In this document: positions 26,760-39,784 of the stretch, in pieces
Numbering within the stretch: position 1 is the first letter of the stretch
Layout: the number at the start of each line of letters is the position of its first letter
DNA from: Callorhinchus milii
Lineage: Eukaryota
NCBI RefSeq assembly: GCF_018977255.1
Contig: NW_024704742.1
Coordinates: 68,822,001 to 68,886,000, forward strand
Reading direction: 5' to 3'
DNA length: 64,000 nt
Made by a program: the position numbers and the translations under genes
Notes under the pieces: generated by a model
Seen by the model: only the letters and a program-made list of their open reading frames with translations
Database searches by the model: none
What the model was told of the DNA's origin: nothing

Positions 26760-27291
26760 GCACATCTTAATGGCTCATCCGAAAGATGGCACCTCCGACA
26801 ACGCAATGCTCATTAGTACTGCTTAGAGAGTCAGCCTAGATAATGTGAGTTTAAATTGTTGATGTGGGGGTTGAACCCACAATCTTCAGACTCAGAGGCA
26901 AGAGTGCTACCAACTGAGCTAGGCTAATGGGGTGGGGGGTGGGGGGGAATCTCACACACCATACGGCAGACGCTGTGTAAGATTTACTTGGGAATATAAA
27001 GTGCGGAATTTAGTAAATGTGTAAAAATATTCATTCAATACCAATTTGCACCTAGAAGCATTTAGTTAATGGGATTGAGTCTCAAGTTATTGCAGTGTGA
27101 AAGATTTGCTCTGGAAATAATTGCTAATTTATTATTTAATCTCAATTATTAGGTAGATGGAATAAAGCTTGGATTCTATAATTCAAGCTAGGCCTGCAAA
27201 ATGCAAAGTCATATGACTTTACAGTTTACTCTGCAAGGCGCTTTGAGACATCTTACCGACGTGATATCAAATGCAAGGATTATTATTATTA

Positions 27292-27466
27292 CAGTAAACC
27301 TCACAAAAGTCTTTATCAGCCTGGACCATACATTTAATATGACTTATGCAACGTATGAGTTATGTCAAACTTGCATAGAATATAAACTTTTGAACAGGAC
27401 TTGGGCAGATGTACAACTTAGACAATTATATGATTTATACAGATCAGACTTATGCGAGTTTTACTG
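27292..27466. mobile_element. Tigger/pogo-like MITE remnant (175 bp)
   Basis: Imperfect TIRs CAGTAAACCTCACAAAAGTCT / AGACTTATGCGAGTTTTACTG; TA at left flank, CA at right. Confidence 0.6.
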
Positions 27467-27473
27467 CAGCTTC

Positions 27474-27650
27474 TCATAGTAACATAGGTAACAGGAGTAG
27501 GCCATTCAGCCACTCGAGCCTGTTCTGCCAGTCTATTAGATCATGGCTAATCTGTTCCTCAACCAACTTCATTTTCCCGCCTTTGCTCCATTTCCCTTGA
27601 TACCCTGACCTAACAAAAATCTATCCACCTCAGTCTTGAAAATTTCAATC
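27474..27650 (-). mobile_element. CR1 LINE 3' end (shark HER1/HE1-type tail)
   Basis: EIFKTEVDRFLLGQGIKG then CAGGCTCGAGTGGCTGAATGGCCTACTCCTG on minus strand. Confidence 0.8.
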
Positions 27651-27859
27651 TCATAGAGGTTCACATTGATTCCGACCAAAAGTACTGATTGGTTCTTGCA
27701 GGCAAGCAGGGCAGCTATTCTCCCCATCAATTGCTTCTTTGCACAAGACATTAAACTGAGGTCCTGTCTCCCTATTCAGGTGGACATTAAAGATTGTATA
27801 GAACTATTCGAAAAGAGAAGGGAGTTCCTCTCCCAGTGTCCTACCCAACAATCTCCCAG

Positions 27860-28950
27860 GTAAACCATGAGCCAAGGCAGGAGGACAGAGGTTCAGGGTT
27901 GCCTGGTGGGAGCAGGGGATCATCCCACTTAGCTCCTGTTAACAACAACAACAGCAACAACAAAAACAATAACAACAAAATTATATTTATAGACCGCCTT
28001 TCACGTCAGGAGGACGTCCCAAGATGCTGAGAAATCCAAACCCTACGAATCAAAACACTAACGGCTAGTGTGGTCCTAGCAGCGGTTAAGCTTGTCAGAC
28101 AATGATACCGATGGCAAGCTATGTAGTTTTAGCTGGTTAGACTCTAGCAGTTACCTCATTGCACACTCTGGGGTCCCCAAGCCATGGCTCCTGCCAACCT
28201 GCGCCTAATATTTTCTGGAATTAGGTAACCAGGCTCCATCCCTCCAGGTACAGAGTACACAACAACAACAACAAAATTAGATTTGTATAGGACCTTTCAC
28301 GTCGGGAGGACGTGCCAAGGCGCTGGAGAGTGTACAGCATTTCAGACCCGAGCTGGGGTTAGAGAGGGAGAAGGGAAGGGAGGGGAAGGGGGTTGACTAA
28401 TGGCATGCTTTGAAGAGGAGAGTTTTGAGCTGGGACTTGAAGGAGGCTAAGGAGGGGTGAGGCGGAGTGATTGGGGGATGGAATTCCAGAGGTTGGGGGC
28501 AGAGTGGCTGAAGGTTCTCCCGCCAATGGTGGGGCGGGTCGATCGGGGGATGTGGAGCAGGCCAGAGCCGGCTGAGCAGAGGGAACTGGCAGTTGGTAGG
28601 GAGTTGGGAGGTCACAGAGGTAGGGTGGGCTGAGGCCATGGAGGGCTTTGTAAGTGAGGACCAGGATCTTGAACTGGATCCTCTGAAGGATAGGGAGCCA
28701 ATGGAATTGGGCAAGAGTGGGGGCGATGGGGTCACGAAGTTTGGTGTGGGAGAGGACACGGGCTGCAGAGTTCTAGAGGGAGGAGTTGGGAAAGCCGACA
28801 ACCAACCCCATACACATTCCATTCCAACAATTTATCTCTGGGATTTCCATGTGTAGCTGGGATGCATGGAATTCTCAGTTTGGTTTGGGTACTCTTAAGC
28901 AGAGTGATGGGTTTCCACATGTGTCCGACACACAGCTGACCAAAACAAAA
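27860..28950 (-). mobile_element. Element X interrupted by two L2 insertions (27940-28030, 28258-28780)
   Basis: X sequence resumes colinearly after each L2 piece. Confidence 0.8.
28258..28780 (-). mobile_element. L2 LINE 3' fragment
   Basis: ORF2 C-terminus (SFKSQLKTLLF), 3' UTR, stem-loop, (TTG)n. Confidence 0.92.
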
Positions 28951-29894
28951 GTTGGCCGAGGGCCGTTTCAGTACAAGCACCAGAAACTATCTATTGTACA
29001 TCAAATCAGATTACCAAGAAGGCGGTTGAAACCAGGTTGCTGGAAGCTTGATGGATGAGATCAAACAAGCTGAGAGGCCTTCTACATCCAAACTGATGTG
29101 TTTTTGTGTTCTTCAGGTTAATCCTTTGTGACCTTCACACAGCTGTTGGAACATGGAGGTGGCATTCAACTGAGCTACCAGACAAAGTGTCTGTCAAGAT
29201 TATTACTGTGACTGAGCCTAACATGCAGAACACAGAGGATTTCAAATGTAATTAATCCCATTAAATTCAGTTCCTAATGACAAATTTAACAAGCAACTGA
29301 TGGCGCACTTTTCAAACAACAAAATAAGTCTCGACAGCACTTTGAATTTTCTGTATTTGACAGGAGACAAGACATGGAGTCCTATAGTGTATTGGTTAGA
29401 GCACTCGCCTCGCAAGCGAGACAACCTGGGTTTCAACCTCTCTTGTGTCCCGGCTGACAATCCCCTAGATAAAAATTGTTCCCTCAGTCCCTGAACTTTT
29501 ATGCGACATTGCTGTGCACAAACTGGCCTGCCACTACGCTTGACAACAGTTCTCCCTGATGTTCCTTGAGGCATTTTGATTGAGATTCAGCCCCTGTAAG
29601 TGTTTGGGCTGCAATTCTGATCGGCATTCCTTGTAGCGTTTGCCCACAAAATACACGGTCACTACACTGCACAGCAAATACTGTGAAAAGTCCTTTGAGA
29701 CATCTTTGCAATTGTGAAAGGCACTATATCAAAGCAAGGATTATTATTAGCATCATCATTACTATTGTTGACCATCTCAATGACTGCAGGTACCTGCATT
29801 TCCACTATTAAAAACGTGAATCTTCAAATTCACAGCTTGGAAAATTGTTTGGAAGAGATTTGGGGTGAGGTGATGCTAGTTTGATAGAAATGGA

Positions 29895-30230
29895 ATAACA
29901 ATAATAATCCTTGCATTTGATATAGCACCTTATCGTTTCATTGAGACGTCTCAAAGTGCCTCACGGAATATATTGTAAAGTGGATTGACTGTGTATTCTA
30001 TGGGTGACAAACAGTCATGAAGTTAGTGACCAAAAATTTATTCATTTTTTGTACAGATTATTATCCCTGGAAAACGATCTGCCAATCGACTAACAACCGG
30101 TTTCTTAATTGCTCCTCGGTAAAGATAGGCATTTGGAATAAGGAAACTTGCCTAACATTTCACCCTGCTCAAAAATTAAACCTGGGTCCTTTAACTTGCG
30201 AGGTGAGTGTTGTAGCCAATATGCTACAGA
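29895..30230 (-). mobile_element. SINE family A
   Basis: Reverse-complement match. Confidence 0.85.
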
Positions 30231-31697
30231 ATAGCGTCCGGAATGGAGATGGTAGTATTTTTTTTGATGCCCAATTATCACTGTTGCTGCTTTGCTGAAT
30301 CTCTTCTCAGTTGGGGTTCTTTTCCCAGTGTTCAGCTGCTATCATTAATTAGAATCTTTATCCTCACATTCTTACAGATAAGCAGAAAACTGAAGCTTAG
30401 AGCTGGTAGAGTATCTTTTCATCTCCTGCTCCTCATTTGTATCCAGGCCTGACTGACAGATAGAAACATGATGGGTGTTGGTGAGGCAGGGGGAAGGGGA
30501 GTAAATAATAATATTATAATAATCCTTGCATTTGATATAATGCCTTATCATGTCACTGAGACATCTCAAAGCGCTTCAGAGAATATATTGTGAAGTGAAC
30601 TGACTGTATATTTTGTGGGCAAAACACAGCAGCCAATTGCACACAGCGGTGTCCAGATTAAGTTGGATGTCCAATTTAGTTTCTCACTATCTCCTGGCCA
30701 ACAATCCCCCAAATAAAATTAGCTGTTTTCTTCACTCTAGCGAAGGGTCTTACCCGGAATGTTTGTGTATTTTTCTCTCAGAGGACTCTCTTTGACCTCT
30801 CTTTGGTTATGGCCTCTATCAAGTGCTCCGGGATGCTACCCCGCAAGAAGGGAGCTTGCACAGAAAACGGGAGCTGGTTAATGCAGCGCTGCTTAATTAT
30901 AGTGTCAGCTCACTGTTAGATTGTTGGAGGAGATTTACTTGGGTAGATTGTGTCTTGAAGAACATATGTCCTCAAATCCAAAGCTTAGGGACCCCAGAGT
31001 GTACATTGGGGTAACTGCTGGAGTCTAACCAGTTAAAACCACATGGCCTGCAATTAAAATCACTGACTGGCATGTTTCTTGTTGCTTGTCCAGCTAGGAC
31101 CGCACAATCTGTTATTGCTTTGGCTTGCAGGGTTAACAGAGATGATGATTGGGACACTCTGAGTCTTGAGGCAATTCATGCTGTGTACCATAGACTGGAA
31201 AAAGCCAGGAAATTGTAAGCCGACAACAAAGGAGGCTAACGAACATTGGACTGGAATACAGACATGGAGGAAGAGAGTCCACAGCCGAAGAGAGGTCAAA
31301 GAAAGTCTCAGACAGAAAAATGGACGAACATTCTGAATAAGGGACTCCATCAAAAATAATAATCAAAATATTCAGGAACATCTCCAGGCATTTAATTATG
31401 AGCTGAGAGAGGTTATTGTAACCTTGAAGAGATCAGCGGTGAGGCTGCAGCTGAGACTATGTATGATGCTTGAGGCATCTTACCTTGAAAAGAACATTGA
31501 TGCATTGGAGATGTCTCTGGCCAGAAGGTGCCGATGAGATCAGTATTCTCCAACTCAAATTGACAAGTGTCACAGGTGTGGCCCCTAAGAGATAGAAATG
31601 GCCTCTCCATGGTAAAAAAAAAGGACTCGGCATAGGTACAATACATACCAAACATCATAAATATCTATATGCTGTTTTTCATATTTTTATACACTAC

Positions 31698-32060
31698 ATA
31701 ATAATAATAATCCTTGCATTTGATATAATGCACCATTGAGAGTCTCAAAGCACTTCACAGAATATATTCACAGAATATATTGTAAAGTGAATTGACTGTG
31801 TTTTGTGGGAGAAACGCAGCAGCCAATTGCGCACAGCAGTTTCAAACAAACAGTCGAAAATTGAGTGACCAAAATGTTTTTGGAGGGATCACTGCCCCGG
31901 AAAACGATCTGCCAATCGAATAACAACTGGGTTCCTATTTATTATTAGGTAAACAGGTGTATGGAGTAAGGAAACTTGCCTAAATTTCGCCCCACCCAGG
32001 AATTGAAACCAGGTCCTCTCGCTTGCGAGGCGAGCATGGTAAAAACTATGCTATAGGAAT
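31698..32060 (-). mobile_element. SINE family A
   Basis: Reverse-complement match. Confidence 0.88.
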
Positions 32061-32279
32061 CTACATCACTTTTAGAACTGCAAATTAGCAGCACAATGTT
32101 TTTCTATTCAACAATGAATTTTCAGCAACAGAATTTTACTTCCATCAATCAACTGAAATAGTAAGACTGAACTATATGATTACATGCATTAAAGAACATT
32201 GACATATACTACAGTAGACTAAATATAAACTGAAATTCATATCACACCACAGCAAAGGACACAGAGAATTTCTTCACGC

Positions 32280-32480
32280 CTTAGTTATCAGTGGGAAACC
32301 TGGATGTAGCCAATATGGAACACTCAATAGAATATAGATCCTAAAATCATTTGCTTCATATGATCTGATGTGCAAGCAATGGCCAAGCAGAGTATATGGT
32401 CTGATGTGACATATGCAAGATATATGGCAATAAAATAACACTACAACACGTACAGAAAACACTCACAGAGTATCGCACAA
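32280..32480 (+). mobile_element. Possible decayed RLE-class LINE (Hero/NeSL-like) zinc-knuckle region
   Basis: Over three frames: IWN..ASYDLM..SIWS..DICKIYGNKITLQHVQKTLTEYR resembles the YDxLP..WG..CxLCG..TLxHIL..RY region; heavily decayed. Confidence 0.4.
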
Positions 32481-32504
32481 AGTGAGTGATTTCAGGGTCT
32501 AACA

Positions 32505-32955
32505 ATAGTAATAATCCTAGCATTTGATATAGCGCCTTATCACATCAGAAAGACATCTCAAAGTGCTTCACAGGATTTACAGTGAAGTGGAATGACTGTG
32601 TATTTGTAGACAAATGCGGCAGCTCAATTGCACACAACAATATCCACAAACAGCCATGAAACAACTGACCAATTTTATTGGGAAATTGTTGGCCAGGAAA
32701 CCGGGAGAAACTCCCTTCTCTTTTTGAATAGTGCAATGGGATCTTTAATATCCACCTGAACAACAACAACAACAACAAAATTACATTTGTATAGCGCCTT
32801 TCACATCGGGAGGACGTCCCAAGGCGCTGGACAGACAAAGTTTCAGACCTGAGCTGGGGACCGGGGTTGGGGAGGTTGGAGGGTGGGGGGCAAAGCAGGG
32901 AGATTGAAAGCATAGTCAAAGAACAGGACCTCGGTTTAACATCTTATCTGAAGGA
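32505..32955 (-). mobile_element. SINE family B with L2 3' end inserted at 32760-32920
   Basis: Deu domain breaks at CCACCTGAAC and resumes at GAACAGGACCTCGG. Confidence 0.85.
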
Positions 32956-34414
32956 GGATAGGAATCCACAACCAAAAGCAGGTCAAAGAGAGTCTCAGAC
33001 AGAAGAATAGACTAATGCTCTGAGTAAGATCCTCCATCAGAGTTAATAATGATTGATAATCTATTTCTTAGGTGAAATTTGAAGTTGATTCATCAATGTG
33101 GAAATAGCCACATCTGAATAGTACAATGACCACATATGATCAGGCACCACAGGATTGGACAGCGCGAGATTAGATCAAGGGAGTCGGAGAAGATCACTTG
33201 GAAATGAAATAGTGCTCCATGAAATCCCCCCCACTTACTGTATATTTTGTGGGCAAAATGAGGCAGCCAATTGCACACAACAGTATTCCAGAAAAACAGT
33301 CATGGATTGAGTGACCACATTTTTTTTGAAGGGATTATCCTTGGTAAGCGGTTCACTAATTAACTAACAAGCGGGGTCCTAATTACTGCTAGATAAACAG
33401 AGGCATGTGGAGTAAGGAAAATTGCTTAAGGTTTGGCCTCGCCTGGGAATTGAATCCAGTCCTCTCGCTAGCGAGGCGAGTGCTCTAAACAATACACTAC
33501 AGGTCTCCACATATATGAAGCTCTCAGCCTGGTTTGGCTACTCTTAAGCATGGTGACAGGATTCGGAGTGTGTTAGACACTCAGCTCACCAAAACAAAAT
33601 GTCCTGAACTGTTCCTGAGACTCTAAGTCTGCATCAGTAGACTGACGTCTAACCCACACATTACCTCCCTGAAACCCTTGCAGTCAGACAGTTTTTCATT
33701 TAGCTGCCACGCTGGTCATAAAGTGGGGCCTGCCATTTCGTATGAAATCAGTTTGAATAACCCTGACTCCAAAAGAAATCAGACTTATTGCCTGTCGTCC
33801 AAACGATTTTATAATGATATCCATCAGGACATCACATCCCAGAGACTCAGCACAACTGGGCTGTGGCAATAAAACACTGAATGCATTGCGTCTATTGAAA
33901 AATGGAATTATAAAGCAATTTAATAGCACAAAGCACAATTTAAGTGAAAGTCAATGAATGAGAGCAAAATTAATAGCCTCCGGCGGCCATACAAATGTTG
34001 TTTACAAAATGTGTTAGACTTTTGAATGTGGTGCTGTCATAGATTGCAATGTACAAAAATGAAGCAGACTTAACTGGCATATTGGCGAGGCTTATAGTAT
34101 GTGTAATGTGGGTGGCATGTGCTCTGCGACATAATTGTACAGTTATTTCATTGTAAAGAATTTGCCATTTTATTGTGTTTTCGAGCCTCTGAAATTGCAA
34201 TGAAGATCCGAGTGTCCCTCTGACTCGCTCGTACGCTCCCTCCCCTCTTCGTTCCTTCCTTCCCTCCTGTCATCAATCCCTCCCTCCTCTCGTTTAAGGA
34301 ACATCTCAATACGTAACTCTCTAACTGCGCTTTCGTTCATCTTTCCCCTCCCGTGCCTCTCAACTCCCACCCCCACTTCAGCCAGCACAACTCAGCTTTC
34401 TCCTGTGAAAGGCG

Positions 34415-34683
34415 CTAGACCTGAGTTCAATTCCGGGCAGGGCGAATCCTTGGGCAAGTTTCCTTACTCCACACGCCTAATAATAATCCCTCCAAAAAAA
34501 AACAATAATAAATTGGTCATTTTCAATCTACGACTGTTTGTGGGACATTGCTGTGTGCAATTGGCTGCTGCGTTCGCCCACAAATACACAGTCAATTCAT
34601 CAGTGTGTTCTGTGAAGCGCTTTGGGCCGTCCTCCTGACGTGAAAAGTGCTATATCAAATACAAGGATTATTATTATTATTAT
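34415..34683 (+). mobile_element. SINE family A, young short subfamily (5' truncated)
   Basis: Diagnostic deletion CACGCC|TAATAATAATCCC and tail GTCCTCCTGACGTGAAAAG. Confidence 0.9.
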
Positions 34684-34739
34684 ATCAATTTGATTTAAAT
34701 GTTAAAAAGTCACAAAGACAATTCAACAGAATTCACTAT

Positions 34740-35090
34740 GGGAAGTCCAGTAGCTCAGTAGTTAGAGCACTCACATCACAAGCGAGATGACCCAAGTTCA
34801 ATTCCCGGCAGGGTGAAACCTTAGACAAGTTTCCTTACTCCACGTGCCTCTGTAAGAAGAAACCCGATTGTTAGTCAATTGGATCACTTTCTGGGTGTAA
34901 TAATCCCTTCAAAAAACAATGATAATTTGGTAAATCAATCCCACGATTGTTTGTAGGACACTGCTGTATGCAATTTGCTTTTGAGTTTTGCCCATAAAAT
35001 ATACAGTCAATTCACTTTACATTCTGCAAAGTGCTTTGAGATGTCTCAACAATGTGATAACGTGCTATTTCAAATGCAAGGATTATTATA
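34740..35090 (+). mobile_element. SINE family A
   Basis: Head to tail. Confidence 0.88.
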
Positions 35091-35329
35091 AGATGGCATT
35101 TGTAAACTGCTGATCCACGCACACAAGCAGATGTGGGAGAGGGGTGATTAATTCCTAGTCAGCCCCATCATTCGACAGGCAAGATTTTGGCTATTTTACC
35201 AGCTCTGCAGCTCTGTTTCTAAATTCCTCCACCCTTCCTTCTAAAGCCTGTCTAAAATCGTGTCTCTTCGAACTTAACTGCAATCAAAACTATGCCATGG
35301 TTAAGCATCCTGAGATGTAACTAATGATA

Positions 35330-36204
35330 TCTTGACCATCTGCGACCAGGGCTCCCTCTGCCTCCTTGTCCTCCTCGACCTATCGGCCGCTTTTGATACG
35401 GTCGACCACTCTATCCTACTCCACTGCTTGTCCTCCCACCTCAACCTTCAAGGCCTGTCCTTGAGTGGTTTAGGTCATACCTCTCCCACCGTCTTCATTT
35501 TGTCTCCGCTAATGGCTTTTCCTCCGGCCCCCGCACTGTCTCGTGCGGTGTCCCTCAGGGCTCTGTCCTCGGTCCCCTCCTCTTCACCCTCTATATGCTC
35601 CCCCTTGGTGACATCATCCGCAGACATGGAGTTAACCTCCACATGTATGCGGATGATACCCAACTCTACCTTTTCTCTTCTTCCCTCAACTCCACGACCA
35701 CCGATGTCCTGACAGTCTGCCTGTCCGACATCGATTCCTGGACGAGAGACAACTTTCTTCAGCTCAACCTGCGTAAAACTGAGGCCCTCCTGATTGGCTC
35801 ACGTCAGCGCCTCCACACCTCAGGCGCTGACAGCATCAGCATCCAAGGCTGTGCTCTCCACCTCTCAAAACCGGTCAGGAACCTCGGGGTTCTGTTCGAC
35901 CCTGATCTATCCTTTCTCCCTCATATCTGCGCCACAACTGGCACCGCCTTCCATCACCTCTATCCCCCAGTGCCTTCACCTTGCTTCCTCCCTTTCCTCC
36001 TTCAAGGCCGGTCTCAAGACCTTTCTCTTCGAACGTGCCTTCACCTCCCCTCTCAACTCTCTACCCCCTCCTCGCTCCCTCCCTTCCCTCCCCTCACCCT
36101 GACCATTTCCCCCCTGCTCGGGTCCCGATCCAACTGTCCAGCGCTTTGGGACGTCCTCCCGACGTGAAAGATACTCTATAAATGCAATCTTGTTGTTGTT
36201 GTTG
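35330..36204 (+). mobile_element. L2 LINE RT + 3' end, internally deleted
   Basis: [50 protein letters not shown]; (TTG)n tail. Confidence 0.96.
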
Positions 36205-36444
36205 TAACCCCGTGTAAAGATCACTGATTTAAATGCAAGCTATCTTCGTTGATTTCTGTATGCCTCTTATTCATCTCTCTCTCTTTCTCGCTCTGGCTCC
36301 CTCTTGTTATCACACCTGAAACTGCCTCTTCTTCTTCATGAATCGCTTCTCGCTACCCATACAGGTTGATAGTGGCAGGTCACTGGAATCCTTAAAGAAC
36401 TGCAATATTCCCTGATGGAACTGGGTCTAAAGTAGCAGATATAA

Positions 36445-36825
36445 TAACAACAACTTGCGTTTATATAGCGTCCTTCACGTTGGTTAGCAACTCCAAGTGC
36501 TTAACAGTGGTAGAGCCTGACACAGAGTCAGGGGGAACGGGGAGTTGACTATAAGCACGGTCCACAAGGAAGATCTTCCGTCATGATCTAAAAGAGGGGA
36601 AGGGGGGGCAAGGCGGAGGGATTGAAGGAGAGAGTTCCAAAACTTTGGGGCAGAGTGGCTGAAAATGCAGCCACCAATGGTGGAACGAGGGGTTGAGGGA
36701 CAAGCAGGAGGCCAGAACTGAGCGTAGGTAGTGGGAAGTGGAGTGGAGAGAAAGCAGGTCAGAAAGGTAGGGAGCTGCCAAGGTGTGAAGGAATTTGTAG
36801 AAGATGAGAGGATCTTGAAATCGAG
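36445..36825 (-). mobile_element. L2 LINE 3' fragment (older subfamily)
   Basis: APYLSDLL, TIGG..FSHSAPKFWNSL on minus strand. Confidence 0.82.
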
Positions 36826-36848
36826 ATGATATAAGTGATACGTGAAGT

Positions 36849-36916
36849 GATATAAACTGCTACTCATAGCCTTTCACTTCGTGTGGAGTGAAACGCCGTG
36901 AGTAGCAACTTATATC
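36849..36916. repeat. Isolated 68-bp imperfect palindrome (32-bp arms, 4-nt loop)
   Basis: GATATAAACTGCTACTCATAGCCTTTCACTTC-GTGT-GGAGTGAAACGCCGTGAGTAGCAACTTATATC. Confidence 0.9.
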
Positions 36917-37224
36917 TGCTGTCTTTAATTTATTTCAGTGATTTGCCCAAGTTCAAATGCCTGGTTAGTATTCCTGCAAGTTTTATTGAAAATGCTGCAT
37001 TTGATGGCCTGAATTTTGATGCAGTATCCCTGAAGGAAATATGTAAAACCTACATGCCAGGTGGGTAGAATTAAGGCCATCAACTGTAATGAGCGTAACA
37101 GTAACACATTACCAAACCTGGGCAAGAGTAGATCATCCAATTTCACACAATGATTCCTTCAACGCATCATCTCCAAATCCAGCAACCCCAAATACTGTTG
37201 GATATTTAATTAGGACTTGAAGAT

Positions 37225-37598
37225 AAAAATAATCCTTTCATTTGATATATATATATATCATATATTTGAGACGGCTTAACGTGCTTCACAGAATATATTG
37301 TAAAGTGGATTGACTGTATATTCTATATCAAACGCAAGGATTATTATTATTTTTATTTTGTGGGAGAAACGCGGCAGCCAATTGCACACAGTGACGTCCC
37401 ACAAACAGTTGTTGAGGGAGGGATTATTACACCTGGAAAGTGATTCGCCAATCGACTAACAACTGGATACTTACTGCTAGTTAAGCAGAGGTGTGTGGAG
37501 AAAGGAAACTTGTGTAAGATTTCGTTCCACCTGGGAAAAGAACCCGGGACCTCTAACTTGTGGGGTGAGTGTGCTAAACACTACGCTTCGTGACTCCA
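37225..37598 (-). mobile_element. SINE family A (short plus-strand tail piece nested at ~37324-37352)
   Basis: Reverse-complement match. Confidence 0.85.
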
Positions 37599-38048
37599 CA
37601 TATTTGGGGAGCAGGCATTTTTATAGCGCTGGGTCAAATCTATAAGTACTCAGCAGTATTAATTATCAAATGTAGTGACTGTTCTTTTTGTAAGACAAAC
37701 ACGGTAGCCGTCTAGGGTACAGTTGGGGGGCGCGGGGGCAGAGACGTTTTGTTAAATGTGCCCCACAGTAGTGGTTGAGATCAGTGAACTCAGCACTCGA
37801 TGAAGATTCAGTGTAAAAGGACATCTGTGTTTGGTTATGAATGAAAATGGATGATCATGCAATTTTATTCTAGTAATATAAGCTGTAGACAAATATTAGC
37901 TAATATAATTGAAGTGTCATGCAACTGAGAGGCTCTTGAAAGTGATATATGCCGAAATCAAACATTACCTGATACAGTGGCATTTCATTTGCTCCTGAAC
38001 TGACTGCAGTTATACTGCTGGTTTGCTCACAACAGGTCCTGTCAGCAC

Positions 38049-38070
38049 GGGGGGGGGGGGGGGGGGGGGG
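38049..38070 (+). repeat. Poly(G) tract, 22 nt
   Basis: Read directly. Confidence 0.95.
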
Positions 38071-39784
38071 CAAGAAGCAGACCAACTTTACCTTAGAAAT
38101 GCAATCGAAGCTGTACACTGTATAAATCAAATCGCAATACTTTCTTTATTTCTGAGATTCCAGCATGAAATCTGCTAAACGTAGTGAACAGACCAGAAAA
38201 GCATTTAGCTCACTTCAATGAGATTGCTGGAAGGAGCAAACAGAGCAGAATAATCCCCACACTCACCATCTCCTGATCTGTCCTATCTCATCCATAGATA
38301 ATAGTATAATCCTTGTATTTGTTATTCACCTTAATGGAAATGGTTTACAATACACTTCACTGTGAGTCCTGTGAAGTGCTTTGATACATTCTGACAACAT
38401 GGTACTGTAATAATAACAACAATTTTTAAAAAATGTCATTCAATCCACGACTGTTTGTGGGACACTGCTGTATGCAATTGGCTGTCGTGTTCCACCAACA
38501 AAATACCCAGTCACTCCAATTTACAACATATTCATTTATTTTACATTTTGTGTTTAAAGTGGCTGTGAAGTGCTTTGAGATGTCTCAACGATGTGATAAT
38601 GTGCTATATCAAATTCAATAATTATTATTAGTATTATAGTCTGCTTCGCCTTATTCTCTGAGCCTCCAAGTTGCAAACCTAGTGTCGCTCTTCAATTCAC
38701 TTTACAGTCTATTCTGTGAAGCGCTTTGAGACGTGATAATGCGTATTATCAAATGCAAGATTTATTATTATTATTATTAAACATTGAATGCAGACATTTT
38801 TGCATCAGGAGGACATCTCAAAGCATTTTGCAGGAATTAATGTAAAGTGTAGTGACTGTGTATTTGTAGGACAATGCGGTGCCGCTTTGCGCACAGCAAT
38901 GTTTCACAATGATCAGTGTTATCTGGGGAGTTGTTGGCCAGGATACCGGGAGAGAAACTCCCTTCTCTTTCTGAGTAGTGCCCTGGGTACTTTAACATCA
39001 ACATGAACAGGTATTCGGGTGTCGAATTAAGGTCTCAGCTGAAAGGTGGCACCTGCTACAATGCAGCGTTCCCCTAACATTGCATTGGAGTATCTGCCAA
39101 GACTACATAAATATAAAGTCCCGACGAAGGCTTGAACCCACATTGGGACTTTATACTGGCTCCCTATGATTGAATGGATGGATTTCAAGATCCTCAAACT
39201 CGTCTTCAAATCCCTTCATACCCTGGGACCTCCCAACCTCTCCGACCTGTTTACTCCCAAACCTACAACCCACTACCTCTACTAAACTGGCTCCGGCCTC
39301 CTGCTTGTCCCTCTTGTCCTCAGCTCGGTGGGACGCAAGCTTGCATGAGAGGCGCTGTATAAATGCAAGTTGTTGTCATTGATGAGCCTTCAACCTTCTG
39401 ACTCATAAGTGCTATCCACTGAGCCAGGCTGACATGCAGACTGCACTACAGTTAAAATAGTTATTTCTGTCTTTCTGCATGACTGAAAGTCATAAATCTT
39501 TCTTGCTTCTGAGCAGCTTTTCTCTGTGGCTTTTTGGTTATTTAACAAGGGTTGAGACTGGCTGAGCGGCACATCCAGCATTCAACCGCAGTGGTTATAA
39601 CATGGATCATATGCTCCTCAGCTGATTCTCTTCTCATGCAAAACACAACATTCTGCAGGCAACTGGCATGTTGCTCCACAGAACGCATGATTTAATGCGA
39701 TTTCCCCTGCGTGTTATCACTCCAGGCCCCAGGGCCAAGCCTTCAACCCAGTGCAGTTAGAATCTGACTCAAGCTGGAAAGAAT

